A stretch of DNA of 64,000 nt from Puniceicoccales bacterium (GTDB lineage: Bacteria; Verrucomicrobiota; Verrucomicrobiia; Opitutales; JAIRKQ01). Numbering within the stretch: the first letter of the stretch is position 1; each line of letters starts with the position of its first letter. The position numbers were made by a program, and so were the translations under genes. Below are positions 29,611 to 38,905 of the stretch, piece after piece. Below the pieces are notes generated by a model. It did no database searches and was not told the origin of the DNA. It saw only the letters and a program-made list of their open reading frames with translations. The stretch lies in NCBI GenBank assembly GCA_031268175.1, contig JAIRXR010000011.1:149229-213228 (forward strand), written 5' to 3'.

Positions 29611-30144
29611 ATGCACAGCATCAGCGTCATAGATTTCGAGGGAAACAAGGGGCTGGGAATTTTCGAATTTGGCGTGGTGACGCTGCTGGATTTTGAAATA
29701 ATTTCCACGCGTACGGAATTTTGCCAGGGCACTTTTCACGAGCATTTGGAATATTTTCTTTCACTGCGTAGAACCGGCCTGCTGGGCGCACACTCCGCCC
29801 AGACGGAGGATGGTTTGCTGCGCCATTACTGGGCATCTCCCGGGCTGGTTCCAACTTTTGCCGGCGGCCAAATGGTGCCGTCATGGGGGCCGTGGGCGGA
29901 CACGAAATTGATCCATAGAAAGCTATTTCCGCAGCTACAATCCTACGAATTGGAGGATTTGGTAGCCTCATTTGCGCTGTTCCCGGAATTGGAAAAATTG
30001 GCAAAAAAATACTGCTGCCCAGGCGGCACGAAATTTCACAGTGCCCTATTCGATGCCCTCGCAACTTCATTGCTGCTTCAAAACTTACAAAAGAATTTCG
30101 CCAATGTTTCCCTGGAAACGCTGCTGGCAATTTGCGAAAAATAA
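29611..30144 (+). CDS. DEDDh-family 3'-5' exonuclease (DnaQ-like)
   Basis: An Exo I-like VIDFEGN (DxE) motif and an Exo III-like HSALFDA (HxAxxD) motif. The 3' end of this gene is duplicated at 31375-31479. Confidence 0.55.
   Translation: MHSISVIDFEGNKGLGIFEFGVVTLLDFEIISTRTEFCQGTFHEHLEYFLSLRRTGLLGAHSAQTEDGLLRHYWASPGLVPTFAGGQMVPSWGPWADTKLIHRKLFPQLQSYELEDLVASFALFPELEKLAKKYCCPGGTKFHSALFDALATSLLLQNLQKNFANVSLETLLAICEK
30021..30126 (+). repeat. direct repeat copy A (3' end of the exonuclease gene)
   Basis: About 80% identical to 31375-31479 by manual alignment (cgaaatt(t/c)cacagtgc...aatgttt(c/t)c(c/t)ctggaaa(c/t)gctgct). Looser similarity with an indel continues to about 30165/31515. Confidence 0.7.
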
Positions 30145-30462
30145 TGGCAAAAACTAGTTTTCATTGCCAAGAACCGACCATCGCACTGCATGCGTCGCAT
30201 GGTCGCCAGTGTAACAACAAATTTATCTAACAATTGGAAACGCAAATAGCGCTGTGAGCACATGTCGTGGCGAACCGGTACGTGTTTCCAATTTTACATG
30301 CTAAACGGCGTTGCATATTGCAAAAATCTTAGCTTCGCAGTTGTTCCAAGCAAAAGAAATACCGTTGAGCTTTTATCGTATATAAAAAACAAAACTTATT
30401 TTTTATTGACAATTTAATTTTGACGATGTTTGTCGTTTTACACAGCCAAAGAAAGATTAGTT

Positions 30463-31179
30463 ATGTCAAATGATATTAGAACACTAAGTAACGATATGTC
30501 AAACGCCGTTAACAAAATGATTAACAGCATCCAAGGTAGATTGCACAAAATCGATAGTTTAGGAAAGGAATTTTCTGCTGAAAAAAAGGGAAATGGTCTT
30601 TCTCCGTCTGTATCTAAAACACGTGAAACACCCGCAACAGCGCGAACGTCCGTTTCCAATTCCAATGTACCTTTAAACAAGGGCATTCCACCGAGGCCAA
30701 ACAACAATCCCTCTACGGTTCAAGTCGTAAGACAAGAACCCACAAATTTACCAGCGGCGCGGCGATTGTTGATCGATGAGGAAATAGATAAAAGACTCAT
30801 TGAGTGTAAAAAAGCTTTCGATGAGAATAATGGAAACGGAAATACTGTAATCGAGACTGACACAAAGATCGCCAGTATTGCCTATAATGCGTACTTTGAT
30901 TTACTTACAGAATATACGAAAGATGGAGATGTAATTTATGTCGCAGATGTCGGTATTTTTTATGAAAAAGCTAGAATACTTGGACTTGTGTTCAGCTGCT
31001 ACGCAAACCACTCTATGAAAAACTGTATGAATGCCGTTCTTAGCACTGTAACAACTGGTAAAAAAATTTCACGCGAAATATCGAAATTCTTTAATGTCCC
31101 ACAGAAAGAAGCTGAAAAACAATTAGAAGAGATTTGGCTCGACGAACTGGATGCCTTACTAGACCGCTTAGAAGACTAA
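30463..31179 (+). CDS. hypothetical protein carried on the low-GC insertion, with an S/N/T-rich disordered N-terminal region
   Basis: ATG at 30463 (MSNDIRTLSNDMSNAV...). The track ORF begins at a TTG at 30430. The gene is strongly AT-rich relative to the flanks, has no signal peptide or TM, and shows no recognisable domain. Confidence 0.5.
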   Translation: MSNDIRTLSNDMSNAVNKMINSIQGRLHKIDSLGKEFSAEKKGNGLSPSVSKTRETPATARTSVSNSNVPLNKGIPPRPNNNPSTVQVVRQEPTNLPAARRLLIDEEIDKRLIECKKAFDENNGNGNTVIETDTKIASIAYNAYFDLLTEYTKDGDVIYVADVGIFYEKARILGLVFSCYANHSMKNCMNAVLSTVTTGKKISREISKFFNVPQKEAEKQLEEIWLDELDALLDRLED

Positions 31180-31192
31180 TGAGTTATCATGG

Positions 31193-31393
31193 CTAGTTTT
31201 TACCGTGCCAATGGTAAATGTTTTCCATGAGATTTATCACTAGCAAAAATATCACAATAACGGCAGCGGCGACGATGGCAAAGGACAAAGTTATAGCTGG
31301 TTCGACCATCGTCGTCAAAAATACTAGGCGATACCTAATTTTTTCATCGCAGATTTCGCCTATTTTCGCAATCCGCGGGGCGCGAAATTCCAC
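31193..31393 (-). CDS. small hydrophobic hypothetical protein on the insertion
   Basis: 66-aa ORF with one TM helix (LSFAIVAAAVIVIFLLVINL). Its start lies inside repeat copy B. It could be spurious. Confidence 0.25.
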   Translation of the reverse strand: MEFRAPRIAKIGEICDEKIRYRLVFLTTMVEPAITLSFAIVAAAVIVIFLLVINLMENIYHWHGKN

Positions 31394-31479
31394 AGTGCGC
31401 TGTTCGATTCCCTTGCAACTTCACTGCTGCCCCAAAATTTACGGAAATATTTCACTAATGTTTCTCTGGAAATGCTGCT
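31375..31479 (+). repeat. direct repeat copy B (diverged duplicate of the exonuclease 3' end)
   Basis: In the exonuclease frame it encodes ...KFHSALFDSLATSLLPQNLRKYFTNVSLEMLLFI*, an intact-looking C-terminal remnant ending at the TAG at 31486-31488. Confidence 0.7.
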
Positions 31480-31544
31480 ATTCATTTAGGGCAAACAGAA
31501 TTCAAAATTAGTCTTTTGTTGACAAAAACGATTTTCTTCGCAGC

Positions 31545-32456
31545 ATGCGCCGCATGATCGTAGAGGTAATTTGTGTTATAGTTACTACGTTCTTTGCAGT
31601 TGCGCTGTTCGGTTTTTTCATAGTGAAGCAGCAAACGTGCGCGATCGTCGAAAGATTGGGCAAATTTTTCCGCGTGGCGCAGCCTGGGCTATCTTGGAGG
31701 ATCCCGTTCATAGACTCCATAGCTAGCAGGTTATCGTTTCGCATCCACCAACTGTACGTCGAAGTTGAGACGAAAACGCAGGACAATGTGTTCGTAAACG
31801 TCGCCGTCGCCGTGCAATACCGCGTGCTGAGTGATAAAGTCTTTCAGGCATACTACACTTTGCAGGATCACCAGGCGCAAATCAAATCCTTCGTCTTTGA
31901 CCTGGTGCGCGCCCAGGTGCCGCTGCTGATTCTCGACGACGTTTTTTCGAAAAAGGACGACATTGCCAATGCTGTGAAATCCAATCTGCTTGGGACCATG
32001 GAAACCTTTGGCTACGAAATCGTGGAGGCGCTGATAACCGACATCAACCCCGATGCCAACGTCAAAGCCGCCATGAATGAAATCAACACGGCCCAGCGCC
32101 TGCGCGTAGCCGCCACCGAGCGCGGAGAAAGTGAAAAAATCATCCGCGTGAAGCAAGCGGAAGCCGAGGCGGAATCCAACATTTTGCACGGCCGTGGAAT
32201 TGCCGGCCAGCGCGCAGCCATCATCGAAGGTCTTGGCCACTCCGTCGAAGAATTTGTCAAACAAATCCCCGACGCCCAGGCGTCGACCGTCATGGAAATG
32301 GTGATGCTTATCCAGTACATCGACACGCTGAAGGAGATCGGCGGCAATGCGCGGGCGAGCGTCGTTTTCGTTCCGCATTCTCCGGGCAATTTGAAAGACG
32401 TCAGCGAGCAAATTCGCGAAACAGTATTCGCCGATAAATTTACTGGTGGAAAGTAA
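31545..32456 (+). CDS. SPFH/Band 7 (stomatin/prohibitin-like) domain protein
   Basis: An N-terminal TM helix, then an SPFH core (IVERLGKF...) and a coiled-coil Ala/Glu-rich tail. Confidence 0.8.
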   Translation: MRRMIVEVICVIVTTFFAVALFGFFIVKQQTCAIVERLGKFFRVAQPGLSWRIPFIDSIASRLSFRIHQLYVEVETKTQDNVFVNVAVAVQYRVLSDKVFQAYYTLQDHQAQIKSFVFDLVRAQVPLLILDDVFSKKDDIANAVKSNLLGTMETFGYEIVEALITDINPDANVKAAMNEINTAQRLRVAATERGESEKIIRVKQAEAEAESNILHGRGIAGQRAAIIEGLGHSVEEFVKQIPDAQASTVMEMVMLIQYIDTLKEIGGNARASVVFVPHSPGNLKDVSEQIRETVFADKFTGGK

Positions 32457-32484
32457 CGCACCGCAGCATAGCCCTGGCAGCGAG

Positions 32485-34062
32485 CTATGCAATTAGCGAA
32501 GCGCCAGTCATTTCTTCCGGCTGTGGAAGCTTCATCATCCGCAGTAGCGTTGGCGCGATGTCGCACAGTGCACCGGATCGCCGCAGCTGCGCATTTTTAA
32601 ACCTTTTGCCATAGACAACCACCTCAACGGGGTTGGTAGTGTGCTGCGTAAATGGCAACCCAGTTTCCAAATCGACCATTTTTTCCAAATTACCATGGTC
32701 TGCGGTGATGATGGCGCTACCTCCGACCGCGTCAACGGCGGACAGCAATCCTCCAATGCACGTGTCCACTGTCTCCGCGGCCTTCACCGCCGCAGCCATG
32801 TTTCCCGTGTGGCCTACCATGTCCGGATTTGCAAAATTCACGGCGATCAGGGTATACTCTCCACTCAAAATTGCGCACTTTACCTCATTTTCAACGGCAA
32901 ATGCGCTCATTTCCGGCTTCTGGTCGTAGGTTTCTACATCCACCGGACTCGCTATCAGCTTGCGATCTTCACCGGCAAATGGTTCCTCGCGATAGTCGTT
33001 GAAAAAAAACGTAACGTGGGCATACTTTTCCGTTTCGGCACACCTAAACTGCTTCAGGCCGAGATCACTGATGTGGGCACCGAGAATATTTTTCATCTTC
33101 TTCGGGCGCCTAAAAATTACATTTTCGCAGAGGCCTTCCTCGTATTCCGTCAGTGTCACATAGTGCAATTTCAGCAATTTTTCCCTCTTGAAATGCGGAA
33201 ACTCGGCGTGCGTAAACGCCCTGGTTATTTCCCTGGGACGGTCACCGCGAAAATTGAAAAACAGGACGCTGTCGCCATCGCCAATGCGGCCGGCAAAATT
33301 TCCACCACCGTCCACAATCTGTGCTGGAACAATGAACTCATCCCCAATTTGCGTTTCGGATGCTGGATTGTCGTAGTAGTGCGCAATCGCCTCCCTCGCC
33401 GACCGAAATTTTCGAAAATCATTTCCTCCGACCATGCAGTCGTACGCCTCTCTGATTCGATTCCATCGACTGTCCCGATCCATTGCCCAAAATCTGCCAA
33501 TCACCGTCGCAATTTTGCCAACTCCAATTTTTTCGCAGTGACTTTCTATTTCTTCGCAGTACTTCGCGCCGCTATTCCTGGGCGTGTCCCGCCCATCGGA
33601 AATAAAGTGAATGAAAACGCTTTCCAGTGCGGCTTTTTTGGCAAAGCGCAAAATTGAAACCAGATGCCTTATGGCTGAGTGCACGCCGCCGTCGGAGCAC
33701 AGCCCGACCAGGTGCAGCTTCGAGCCGTTGAATTTCGCACTTTGCACGGCACCCTGGAATGCGATATTTCGCTCGAATTCGCCGTTCACCATCGCTTTGT
33801 CTATGCGTACGATTTCCTGGTCAACCACACGCCCGGCACCGATGTTTTGGTGCCCCACCTCGCTATTTCCAATCACGCCATCGGGCAATCCAACGGCCAA
33901 CCCAGAGGCCTCAATCTCCGTGCGCGGCCAATTTTCCGATAGCGAGCTGGAAAATGGAGTCCTTGCCTGCAGGACGGCATTGCAAAAATCTTCCTCGCCC
34001 CTATGGTTGCATCCCCATCCATCGCGGATGATTAGAACAGTCGGAACTACGCCAGAAACCAC
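32485..34062 (-). CDS. gpmI: 2,3-bisphosphoglycerate-independent phosphoglycerate mutase
   Basis: VLIIRDGWG N-terminus, metal-binding motifs (SDGGVHS, ITADHGN), 525 aa. Confidence 0.9.
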   Translation of the reverse strand: MVSGVVPTVLIIRDGWGCNHRGEEDFCNAVLQARTPFSSSLSENWPRTEIEASGLAVGLPDGVIGNSEVGHQNIGAGRVVDQEIVRIDKAMVNGEFERNIAFQGAVQSAKFNGSKLHLVGLCSDGGVHSAIRHLVSILRFAKKAALESVFIHFISDGRDTPRNSGAKYCEEIESHCEKIGVGKIATVIGRFWAMDRDSRWNRIREAYDCMVGGNDFRKFRSAREAIAHYYDNPASETQIGDEFIVPAQIVDGGGNFAGRIGDGDSVLFFNFRGDRPREITRAFTHAEFPHFKREKLLKLHYVTLTEYEEGLCENVIFRRPKKMKNILGAHISDLGLKQFRCAETEKYAHVTFFFNDYREEPFAGEDRKLIASPVDVETYDQKPEMSAFAVENEVKCAILSGEYTLIAVNFANPDMVGHTGNMAAAVKAAETVDTCIGGLLSAVDAVGGSAIITADHGNLEKMVDLETGLPFTQHTTNPVEVVVYGKRFKNAQLRRSGALCDIAPTLLRMMKLPQPEEMTGASLIA

Positions 34063-34070
34063 GCCGTATA

Positions 34071-35426
34071 CTATGGTGATTTGCGCAACTCATTCAACTC
34101 CTTTCGCAACTCTTCCAGCAGAGTCATCCGCTCGGCGATCTGCTTTTCCGCACCCGAGTCATTCGGAACCCAGAATTTTTCCGGGTGTTCCATGTAGTAC
34201 TGCCCCGATACGTTGCTGTCAAAATTATGGCTGTAGAGATAATCCTTCTGATTGCCAGCGCGCTCATTTGCCTTGCCGTGGCTATCGCGCAGCCACAGAG
34301 GGACGTTCTGTGATCCATTTTTTACCACCGAAGCGCGGCACCGGGAAAGCGCCATGTAGGTTGAGTTGCTCTTGGGAGTCGCCGCCAAAAATACGGTAAC
34401 GTGGGCCAAATTTATCGCGCACTCCGGCATTCCAATTTTTTCGCAGGCCTCGAAGCAGGCAATTGCCAGAGGGAGAGCCATTGGATCGGCAAGCGCAACG
34501 TCTTCGGATGCGAAAATTACCATTCGCCGAGCGATAAACCGCGGATCTTCTCCGCCGTCCAACATTTTGTTGAGCCAGAAAATCGCAGCGTCCGGGTCGC
34601 ACCCGCGCATGCTCTTTATGTACGCTGAAATGGTGTCGTAGTGCTCGTCTTCATCCGCATCGTATCTGAGAGCTCGCTCGATGGAAAAGTTTTCCACGGC
34701 ATCGGCAGTGATCTCAGATCCCATGGGAAGGCTCGCCACAATCGTCTCGAGGGCATTCAGCGCCCAGCGCAGGTCCCCGTTGGCCATGGTTGCGATGCTC
34801 GCAATCACCTCCCTTTTGCAGTGGCATTTCGCGGAACCGAGCCCGCGTTCGCAGTCACCAAGCGCCAGCCCCAAAATGGCGGCGATCGCATCGACACTAA
34901 TTGGATTCAACCTGAAGAGGTGGCTCCTGCTCAGCAGCGGCGAAATAACGTAGAACCCGGGGTTGTGCGTCGTCGCGCCTATCAGGCGAATGCTAGCATT
35001 TTCCACATCCGGCAGCAGCAGGTCCTGCTGCGCCTTGTTAAATCGATGAATTTCGTCGATGAACAGCAGAACATTGCGCTCGATGTGCTTCCTGGCGAAT
35101 GCTAAAATTTCACGCAACTCGGCAACGTTCGACAGCACGGCGTTGATTTTTACAAATTTCGACTTCGTCTCACCGGCAATAACTTCCGCGAGTGTAGTTT
35201 TACCGCACCCGGGAACGCCGTAGAAGATTATGCTGGAAAATGTTCCAGATTTTACCAACTTTGGAAGCAGGCATTTGGGGCCGAGGATGTGCCCCTGCCC
35301 CACGATTTCGTCCAGCGTTTTTGGACGCATCTTTATCGCCAGAGGGACGTAGCGCGGCGTGGCGCTCGAATCACTGTCACTCGCCACCCAATCGAACGTA
35401 AATTCGTCCTGTTCGTGCGAGTCCAT
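34071..35426 (-). CDS. rarA: replication-associated recombination protein A (AAA+ ATPase)
   Basis: Walker A GVPGCGKTTLA, sensor and arginine finger, and a MgsA-type C-terminal domain. Length is 451 aa. Confidence 0.85.
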   Translation of the reverse strand: MDSHEQDEFTFDWVASDSDSSATPRYVPLAIKMRPKTLDEIVGQGHILGPKCLLPKLVKSGTFSSIIFYGVPGCGKTTLAEVIAGETKSKFVKINAVLSNVAELREILAFARKHIERNVLLFIDEIHRFNKAQQDLLLPDVENASIRLIGATTHNPGFYVISPLLSRSHLFRLNPISVDAIAAILGLALGDCERGLGSAKCHCKREVIASIATMANGDLRWALNALETIVASLPMGSEITADAVENFSIERALRYDADEDEHYDTISAYIKSMRGCDPDAAIFWLNKMLDGGEDPRFIARRMVIFASEDVALADPMALPLAIACFEACEKIGMPECAINLAHVTVFLAATPKSNSTYMALSRCRASVVKNGSQNVPLWLRDSHGKANERAGNQKDYLYSHNFDSNVSGQYYMEHPEKFWVPNDSGAEKQIAERMTLLEELRKELNELRKSP

Positions 35427-36242
35427 TTAGCATTCCGTTCTGCGCTGCCTAATCCTTCGGCGCTTTGGGGCGAACCCACGCTTCGTTTCGATCAAAAAGA
35501 AATTTAGAAAATTTTTCGTTTCCTCCGTCGATGCGAAGCCTTCACCCATCATGCGCTTCGCACGGTCAGCAAAATTACCAACTCTAGCATAGAACTCGCG
35601 AAAGCAATTTTTCAGGGCCACAATACTCTCGCTGGAAATTTTCGCGCGGCGGAGGCCGACGAGGTTGAGACCGATCACCGTCGAAACTTCGAATGCCATG
35701 GCATAGGGTGGTATATTGAGAGCTGTGGCGCTTGCTCCGCCGAGTATGACGCAATCTCCGATCGTGACCCACTGGTGCACGGCGGATCCGCCGCCGATGA
35801 AGCATTTTTTCCCAACCACCGCATGGCCACCCAACATGGAGCCACTAGCTAAAATTGACCCATCGCCAACGGTGCAATCGTGGGCAACGTGTGAACCGGA
35901 TTGCAGCATGCAGCCGCTTCCGATCTTCGTTGATGAGGACTCCTCCGAGGCCCTGTGTACCGTGACATGTTCGCGGATGCACGCATTGTCACCGATCGTA
36001 ACGCCGCTTCTAATTTTTTCATCGAAACTTTCATCCTGCGGAAGGCCCCCGATCGCCGCAAAACTATCGACTAGGCAGTTGCTCCCAATGGTCGTTCCAG
36101 TTTTTACCTCGGCGTGACTTCCAATTGTCGTGCCATCGCCGATTGTAACGCCATCGCCAATTACAGCATAGGGACCGATTGTAACGCCACTGCCGAAGGA
36201 AACACCCCCGCCCACTATCGCACTGCCATGGATGCGCGCCAT
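35427..36242 (-). CDS. lpxA: acyl-ACP--UDP-N-acetylglucosamine O-acyltransferase
   Basis: Hexapeptide left-handed beta-helix repeats throughout, plus an LpxA-type C-terminal helical domain. About 271 aa. Confidence 0.8.
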   Translation of the reverse strand: MARIHGSAIVGGGVSFGSGVTIGPYAVIGDGVTIGDGTTIGSHAEVKTGTTIGSNCLVDSFAAIGGLPQDESFDEKIRSGVTIGDNACIREHVTVHRASEESSSTKIGSGCMLQSGSHVAHDCTVGDGSILASGSMLGGHAVVGKKCFIGGGSAVHQWVTIGDCVILGGASATALNIPPYAMAFEVSTVIGLNLVGLRRAKISSESIVALKNCFREFYARVGNFADRAKRMMGEGFASTEETKNFLNFFLIETKRGFAPKRRRIRQRRTEC

Positions 36243-36281
36243 GGCGCGACATGCTCTTCAAAATGCCACCCAAGTCAAGGA

Positions 36282-38153
36282 TTACAGGCTAAGATATCGC
36301 GAAATCCTTTCCGCAATGCTCCTAAATACTACCAGCGAAATTGCAGAGCCCGGCGTCATCGCATCCTCCACTTCTGCGCCATCTATCACCACTGTGATGG
36401 CAATTTTCGGTGCGTTGACCGGGAAAAATCCACTGTGGGATGAAATGTATGCGCCATCGGAACCAATTTTTTTGCTTAGACCAGCCTTGCCAGCAAATTC
36501 GATTCCATTTTTTAGTTGGTCAGCGTCCGGATTGTGGAGAACACTTCGCATGCGCGCCGCTGTCTGCCGCGATATCACGCGCCGCCTTATTACTGGCCCA
36601 ACGGTCAAAATCTCGGCATCTTCATCGCTAACGCATTTGAACAGGTTTGGTTTTAGCAAAAGTCCGTCGTTGGCAATCGTCGCCATGGCACAGTGTACCT
36701 GCAGGGGGACGACGCCGATGGCACGCCCCGTTGCCACGTGTATCACCGCAAGCAAATCCCAGTCGGCCACTGGATGCACTATGCCCTTGGACTCACCGTC
36801 GAACCCATAGCCGGCTTTCTCGCCGAAGCCATAGGCGCACACGCAGTCGTAGAAATTTTGTTCCCCAATTTTGAGCGCCACTTGCGCCACCGCTCTGCTA
36901 TTGGATTTTCTAACTGCCTCGGTGAATGTCAGCTTGCCGTGGTATCCCTGATCCTTCGGCATGGGAATGACTTTGCCGCGGTTCGTGTTCGTTGCCTGCG
37001 TGCAATCGAATACCGTTTCCTCGTCCACCAGACCCCTTTCCAACCCAAATGACATGGCAACTATCCCAAAAATCGATGCTGGCTCGTAGATACTGCAAAC
37101 GGCCAAATTTTTCATCGACTCCTGAGGGAAGCGCCAGAATTCGTTTGGATCGTAGTCCGGGTAGTTTGCCAGCGCCAAAATTTCACCGGTTGTAACTTCG
37201 CTGACGATGATCGAAACTGACTTCGGGGAAAAATTTTCCACCAACGCATCAATTTCATCGCTGACGATCTTCTGGATATTTTTATCTATGGTCAGCACGA
37301 CACTGCAACCATCCCTACTTTGAAATTCTTTCTTCCTGTAGTGAACTAGCTCGCGGGCACTGCCGTCTCTTTCCGATTCGATGTATCCGTCCTGTCCCCC
37401 CAGGTAAAAGTTCATATACCTTTCGACGCCGCAGGAAGCCACGCCGGCCCTGTTCACAAAGCCAGTTACATGGGCCATCATGCGGCCGAATGGGTATAGG
37501 CGGCGGCGCGCTTGTACGCCGTACACACCGCGAATTTTCATGGCCTTTATCGCCGCATGCAGCGACTCGCTCTCCATTTCGCAAATTGGGACCCAGTGGA
37601 TTTTTTTAACCTTTCCTCTCACTATTTTTTTCCTCTTGGTAAATTTTTCCAGTACGTCCCTTGCATCAATGCCAAGAATTTCTCCGAGCGTGCAAATTTT
37701 TGCCAAATCCTTTTCCGCGTCCGCGGCGTACGGGTCAACGCCTAGGACGACTATCGCTTCGTTGGATGCCAGCACTTCGAAATTTCTGTCGAATATGGTA
37801 CCCCGCCTCGCTGCCGTCGTCGTGATTGACCGTCTGGTGCGTTCCATTGACTGGTAATATTTATCGCGGCTGATGTGGGACAGATCCACCAGTCTCCACA
37901 CTATTACACCAAATAGTGAAAAAACAATGGCGACCACAGCCCAGTGGCGCGCATACTTTTCTTTGGCATTCAAATTGAAAAACGTTGTGGCGAAAAAGCC
38001 ACCCCCCTCAAGGATAATGTTTTCCCAGAAATTCACCAAAATTGCCATGTTTTTGCGCACGATTTCCGGCAAATTGTAAAATTCACACAACTGTGCCATT
38101 GGCCGGCAAAGATATTTGCGGCGAATTTCGCGCGAATCGATGGCGGGCGACAC
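36282..38153 (-). CDS. penicillin-binding protein, FtsI/PBP2-like transpeptidase homolog with non-canonical active-site motifs
   Basis: An N-terminal TM anchor and a dimerisation domain. The transpeptidase domain aligns with FtsI (YEPASIFGIVAMSFGLERGLV aligns with FEPGSTVKPMVVMTALQRGVV). The SxxK lysine is replaced (SIFG), the SxN region reads KSNS, and KTG reads KAG. Confidence 0.75.
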   Translation of the reverse strand: MSPAIDSREIRRKYLCRPMAQLCEFYNLPEIVRKNMAILVNFWENIILEGGGFFATTFFNLNAKEKYARHWAVVAIVFSLFGVIVWRLVDLSHISRDKYYQSMERTRRSITTTAARRGTIFDRNFEVLASNEAIVVLGVDPYAADAEKDLAKICTLGEILGIDARDVLEKFTKRKKIVRGKVKKIHWVPICEMESESLHAAIKAMKIRGVYGVQARRRLYPFGRMMAHVTGFVNRAGVASCGVERYMNFYLGGQDGYIESERDGSARELVHYRKKEFQSRDGCSVVLTIDKNIQKIVSDEIDALVENFSPKSVSIIVSEVTTGEILALANYPDYDPNEFWRFPQESMKNLAVCSIYEPASIFGIVAMSFGLERGLVDEETVFDCTQATNTNRGKVIPMPKDQGYHGKLTFTEAVRKSNSRAVAQVALKIGEQNFYDCVCAYGFGEKAGYGFDGESKGIVHPVADWDLLAVIHVATGRAIGVVPLQVHCAMATIANDGLLLKPNLFKCVSDEDAEILTVGPVIRRRVISRQTAARMRSVLHNPDADQLKNGIEFAGKAGLSKKIGSDGAYISSHSGFFPVNAPKIAITVVIDGAEVEDAMTPGSAISLVVFRSIAERISRYLSL

Positions 38154-38223
38154 CCCGGAGAAATAATTTTCACACCAGTTTTATATTGCAAAATTACCAT
38201 CGGCGACATACCTCTATTGGCAA

Positions 38224-38835
38224 ATGAGTTGGGCTTATTGCACAGTCGTTCTTCTAGCGTCCTATGTTGTTGGATCCCTACCGTCCGGTGTCATTGTGGC
38301 GCGAATGCACGGGGTGAACATCCTTTCGTGCGGCAGTGGATCTTCCGGAGCCACGAACGTAAAGCGGTCGGTCGGAAGCCGCGCCGGATACGCTGTTTTT
38401 TTATTGGACTTTTTCAAGGGATTGGTTCCGAGCTTGCTTGGACTGAAAATGGCGTTCCACGGAAATATTCCCGGCATGCGAATGGCAATGCTCGCGCTGG
38501 TTGGCGTGCTGCTCGGACACAATTTTTCACTCTTTTGCAAATTCCACGGTGGTAAAGGGATCGCATCGACCATGGGCGGAATTTTCATAATCATGCCGAA
38601 GACTTTGGTAATAGGCGTGCTTGTCTGGTTGGTTCTTTTTCATGCTACGCGCATTGTGTCAGTGGCATCGCTGTGCTTCGCGGCCAGCATTCCACTCACC
38701 GCCTACCTGTTCGCCTATCCCCGCGAATGCATTATTTTCGCACTTGTTTTGAATCTAATCATTTTTTGGAGTCACGGAGAAAACATCGCGCGACTCGCCA
38801 GCGGAACGGAACATAGATTTTCTATAAAAAACTGA
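38224..38835 (+). CDS. plsY: glycerol-3-phosphate acyltransferase
   Basis: GSLPSGVIVAR...GSGSSGATNV matches the PlsY signature (GSGNxGATN). A multi-TM protein of 203 aa. Confidence 0.85.
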   Translation: MSWAYCTVVLLASYVVGSLPSGVIVARMHGVNILSCGSGSSGATNVKRSVGSRAGYAVFLLDFFKGLVPSLLGLKMAFHGNIPGMRMAMLALVGVLLGHNFSLFCKFHGGKGIASTMGGIFIIMPKTLVIGVLVWLVLFHATRIVSVASLCFAASIPLTAYLFAYPRECIIFALVLNLIIFWSHGENIARLASGTEHRFSIKN

Positions 38836-38905
38836 GGGCCATCCAAAAATACGCTAGGGCAACCGCGAACGCGACCGGCGCTAGCAAGCAGGTAAAAGGA
38901 AAGAA

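Noticed and set aside
32466-32490. Hairpin GCATAGC-(11 nt)-GCTATGC between the convergent SPFH gene and gpmI, a possible bidirectional terminator
   Set aside because: The loop is large and there is no flanking U-run on either strand. It overlaps the gpmI stop codon. It is too weak to call as a terminator.
32641-34399. 338-aa and 262-aa plus-strand ORFs
   Set aside because: They are antisense to gpmI and rarA. These are shadow ORFs.
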